A stretch of DNA of 21,658 nucleotides, taken from Paraspadella gotoi (taxonomy: Eukaryota; Animalia; Chaetognatha). Below are positions 19,819 through 21,658 of this stretch, piece after piece. The DNA lies in the NCBI GenBank assembly GCA_051294375.1, contig JBJCIZ010000660.1, positions 1 through 21,658 on the forward strand. The letters run 5' to 3'. Position 1 is the stretch's first letter, and each line of letters starts with the position of its first letter. The position numbers and the translations under genes were made by a program. The notes under the pieces are model-generated. The model was not told the DNA's origin. It did not search any database and saw nothing but the letters and a program-made list of their open reading frames with translations.

Positions 19819-21518
19819 TAATAAAAATCGTTGTTAAATCTCACCAATTCTTGGCGCGCGTCTCTAGACACATATCCATATTTCTTAAAGTCTTTTGCAA
19901 TATTTTTTAAAAAATGAGTGCAGATAAAATGTAATTAAGAAAGAAAAAGCTTTCCGATAAGATATGCTGTACTTGACGTATTGGTAATTATCGTTTGAAA
20001 GTGTCAAATAGATATGATATAGGACATAGATTACATAGAGATAGATTAGATAGATTAGAGAGTAGATACAGGGGTTGGGACCATATATGATATAATTTAA
20101 CAAGGGAATCATTACTCTTTAAAGCTTTTAATGATTTTTTCTAAAAATCTGAATAATAGTATGTAAATAATACTCTTTCTATATAGCATTAGACGAATAT
20201 TAATTCGTTTTTGAAAATTCTATTTAATGATAGGAAGCTTTTCCTTGATGCAGGCAAAGGCAACAACCTGCTCTATTTTCTCCCTCGCGGTTTGGAAGAA
20301 AAATGTTTAAAAATTTATTGTTTTAATCTCATTCAAGACCGTAACAGTTAAAATATTTTTTGGAGAGAGGAGCTCATTTATAGTATAATAACCGCTTCTG
20401 GGAAGATGTAGCCATTACATTTTGGATTAAAATAATTTGAAGTAAGCAGGTAAGATTCAGGTAAGTTTACTGTTTTGGTTTTATCAAAAAATTTATTAAT
20501 GAATATTGTCAGAATAATTAAGTTATTTATTGTAAAGATTTTCAAATGCAATTTTCCAAAATTTGAAAAAAAAAATAAATAAGTTTACATTGATACGTGA
20601 TTAAAAGATTAAAAAACAGATATTGAACAATGTCACGACTAAACACAGGCATGTCAGCGACGACCACTGAAAAAAGTATTATTAACAAGTATGGGCTTTT
20701 AATCATATACAATACAATTCCGCGCAAATAAAAACGAAACTAACTTTTTTTGAAAACATCCCGATGCGCCTTATAGTCGCTTAAAAATGTATTTTGTAAA
20801 AAAGCCACGAAAAAACTTTGTTTAACCTCAATAATAAGCATAAATAAATGTTCGACAAAACAAAACTTATGTGCTGAAAATTAAGGGATAAAAAAACACG
20901 CTGTATGCCGCCATCCGCCAAACTACCATGCTGTCTACATTTCACGCAAACCTACAGTATCAATCAATTGTGTGTATATCATCATATGTGTGTACCTTAT
21001 CACTGTGCGCTGTTTGTGGGTATCTACACTACATTTACTGTTAGATCTCTAAATTTCTTTAATATACCTCTACTCTCCTAGTTGGCGGTACTATCGACGT
21101 CCCGCTATTCCGTTTCAGAAATTGATTTTGTAGAAATGACATAATAAAATAGTCTCCCATTAAAACAAATATTTACCAACTAATCATGAACAAAATCTAA
21201 TAGCTTTATGTTAAAAGTATATTTTAAAAAAAAAATCAATTTAAAGATTTATTAAACTTGTGTAATATTTCGTAAGAGAGTCAAATATATACTTCAATAT
21301 GCAAATGAAGATTAAAGGTACCATATTGTTCCAAGTGAAAATTAACGTACCTTATACAGGGAATTTTAAATATATCTGTTTATAATTGTAAATATTTTAT
21401 CCTAATATAATTTTATTTTCTTTTAGAAGAAAAGGTAATGATACACACAGAAAACCAATTAATAGCTGAAAAACCAAAAGTGATCAATATCATAAACTAT
21501 GAGAGACAGGAGAAGACC

Positions 21519-21519
21519 G

Positions 21520-21563
<44 letters not shown>

Positions 21564-21575
21564 AGAAGAGAGAGA
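21519..21575. repeat. (GA)n microsatellite
   Basis: Seen directly. Confidence 0.93.
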
Positions 21576-21658
21576 AAGGATTTTTCTCCCCTTTCTTAGC
21601 TTTGAAGGAAGAAATTAATGCTGTTTACTCATTAAATATATATCATTTTCTTTCCGAT

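Larger units (their letters stand above)
19170..19875 (-). mobile_element. Non-coding Penelope-derived mini-element: one pLTR-like unit plus a ~140-bp inverted copy of its 3' end
   Basis: 19170-19310 is the reverse complement of 19735-19875. The interior shares GGTGAGACAGAATGTGGTCAGA, CAGATTGAGTGAGTTT, GCAATGTACAA and AATTAGCT with 6887-7433. Confidence 0.8.

Noticed and set aside
19941-20247. Inverted pair around AAAAGCTT sites
   Set aside because: Only ~18 imperfect AT-rich bases; does not extend.
20912-21090. Small MITE with CCGCCAA(A)CTA / TAGTTGGCGG ends
   Set aside because: A ~10-bp imperfect match with no target-site duplication and no second copy in the window.

Overview
This is AT-rich, microsatellite-dense animal (invertebrate-like) genomic DNA with a 108-bp N gap and many single-base indels that look like unpolished long-read error. 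Most of the window (~4.98-17.88 kb, + strand) is a multi-exon trachealess/NPAS1-3 class bHLH-PAS gene, recognisable by hand through the frameshifts (bHLH, PAS-A, PAS-B/PAC and Trh-type C-terminal motifs). Its largest intron holds a 5'-truncated Penelope-like element that keeps only the linker and GIY-YIG endonuclease between ~550-bp inverted pLTR arms. Related non-coding pLTR-like copies lie at ~0.63-1.06 kb and ~19.17-19.87 kb. Together these give five hammerhead-ribozyme-like motifs, each followed by AATAAA. A ~51-54-bp minisatellite made from a PAS-B exon end plus its splice donor occurs 7 times. Two possible exons of a Rid/YjgF-like upstream gene sit at the left end. Nearly all of the supplied long ORFs are low-complexity artefacts or frameshifted fragments of these features.
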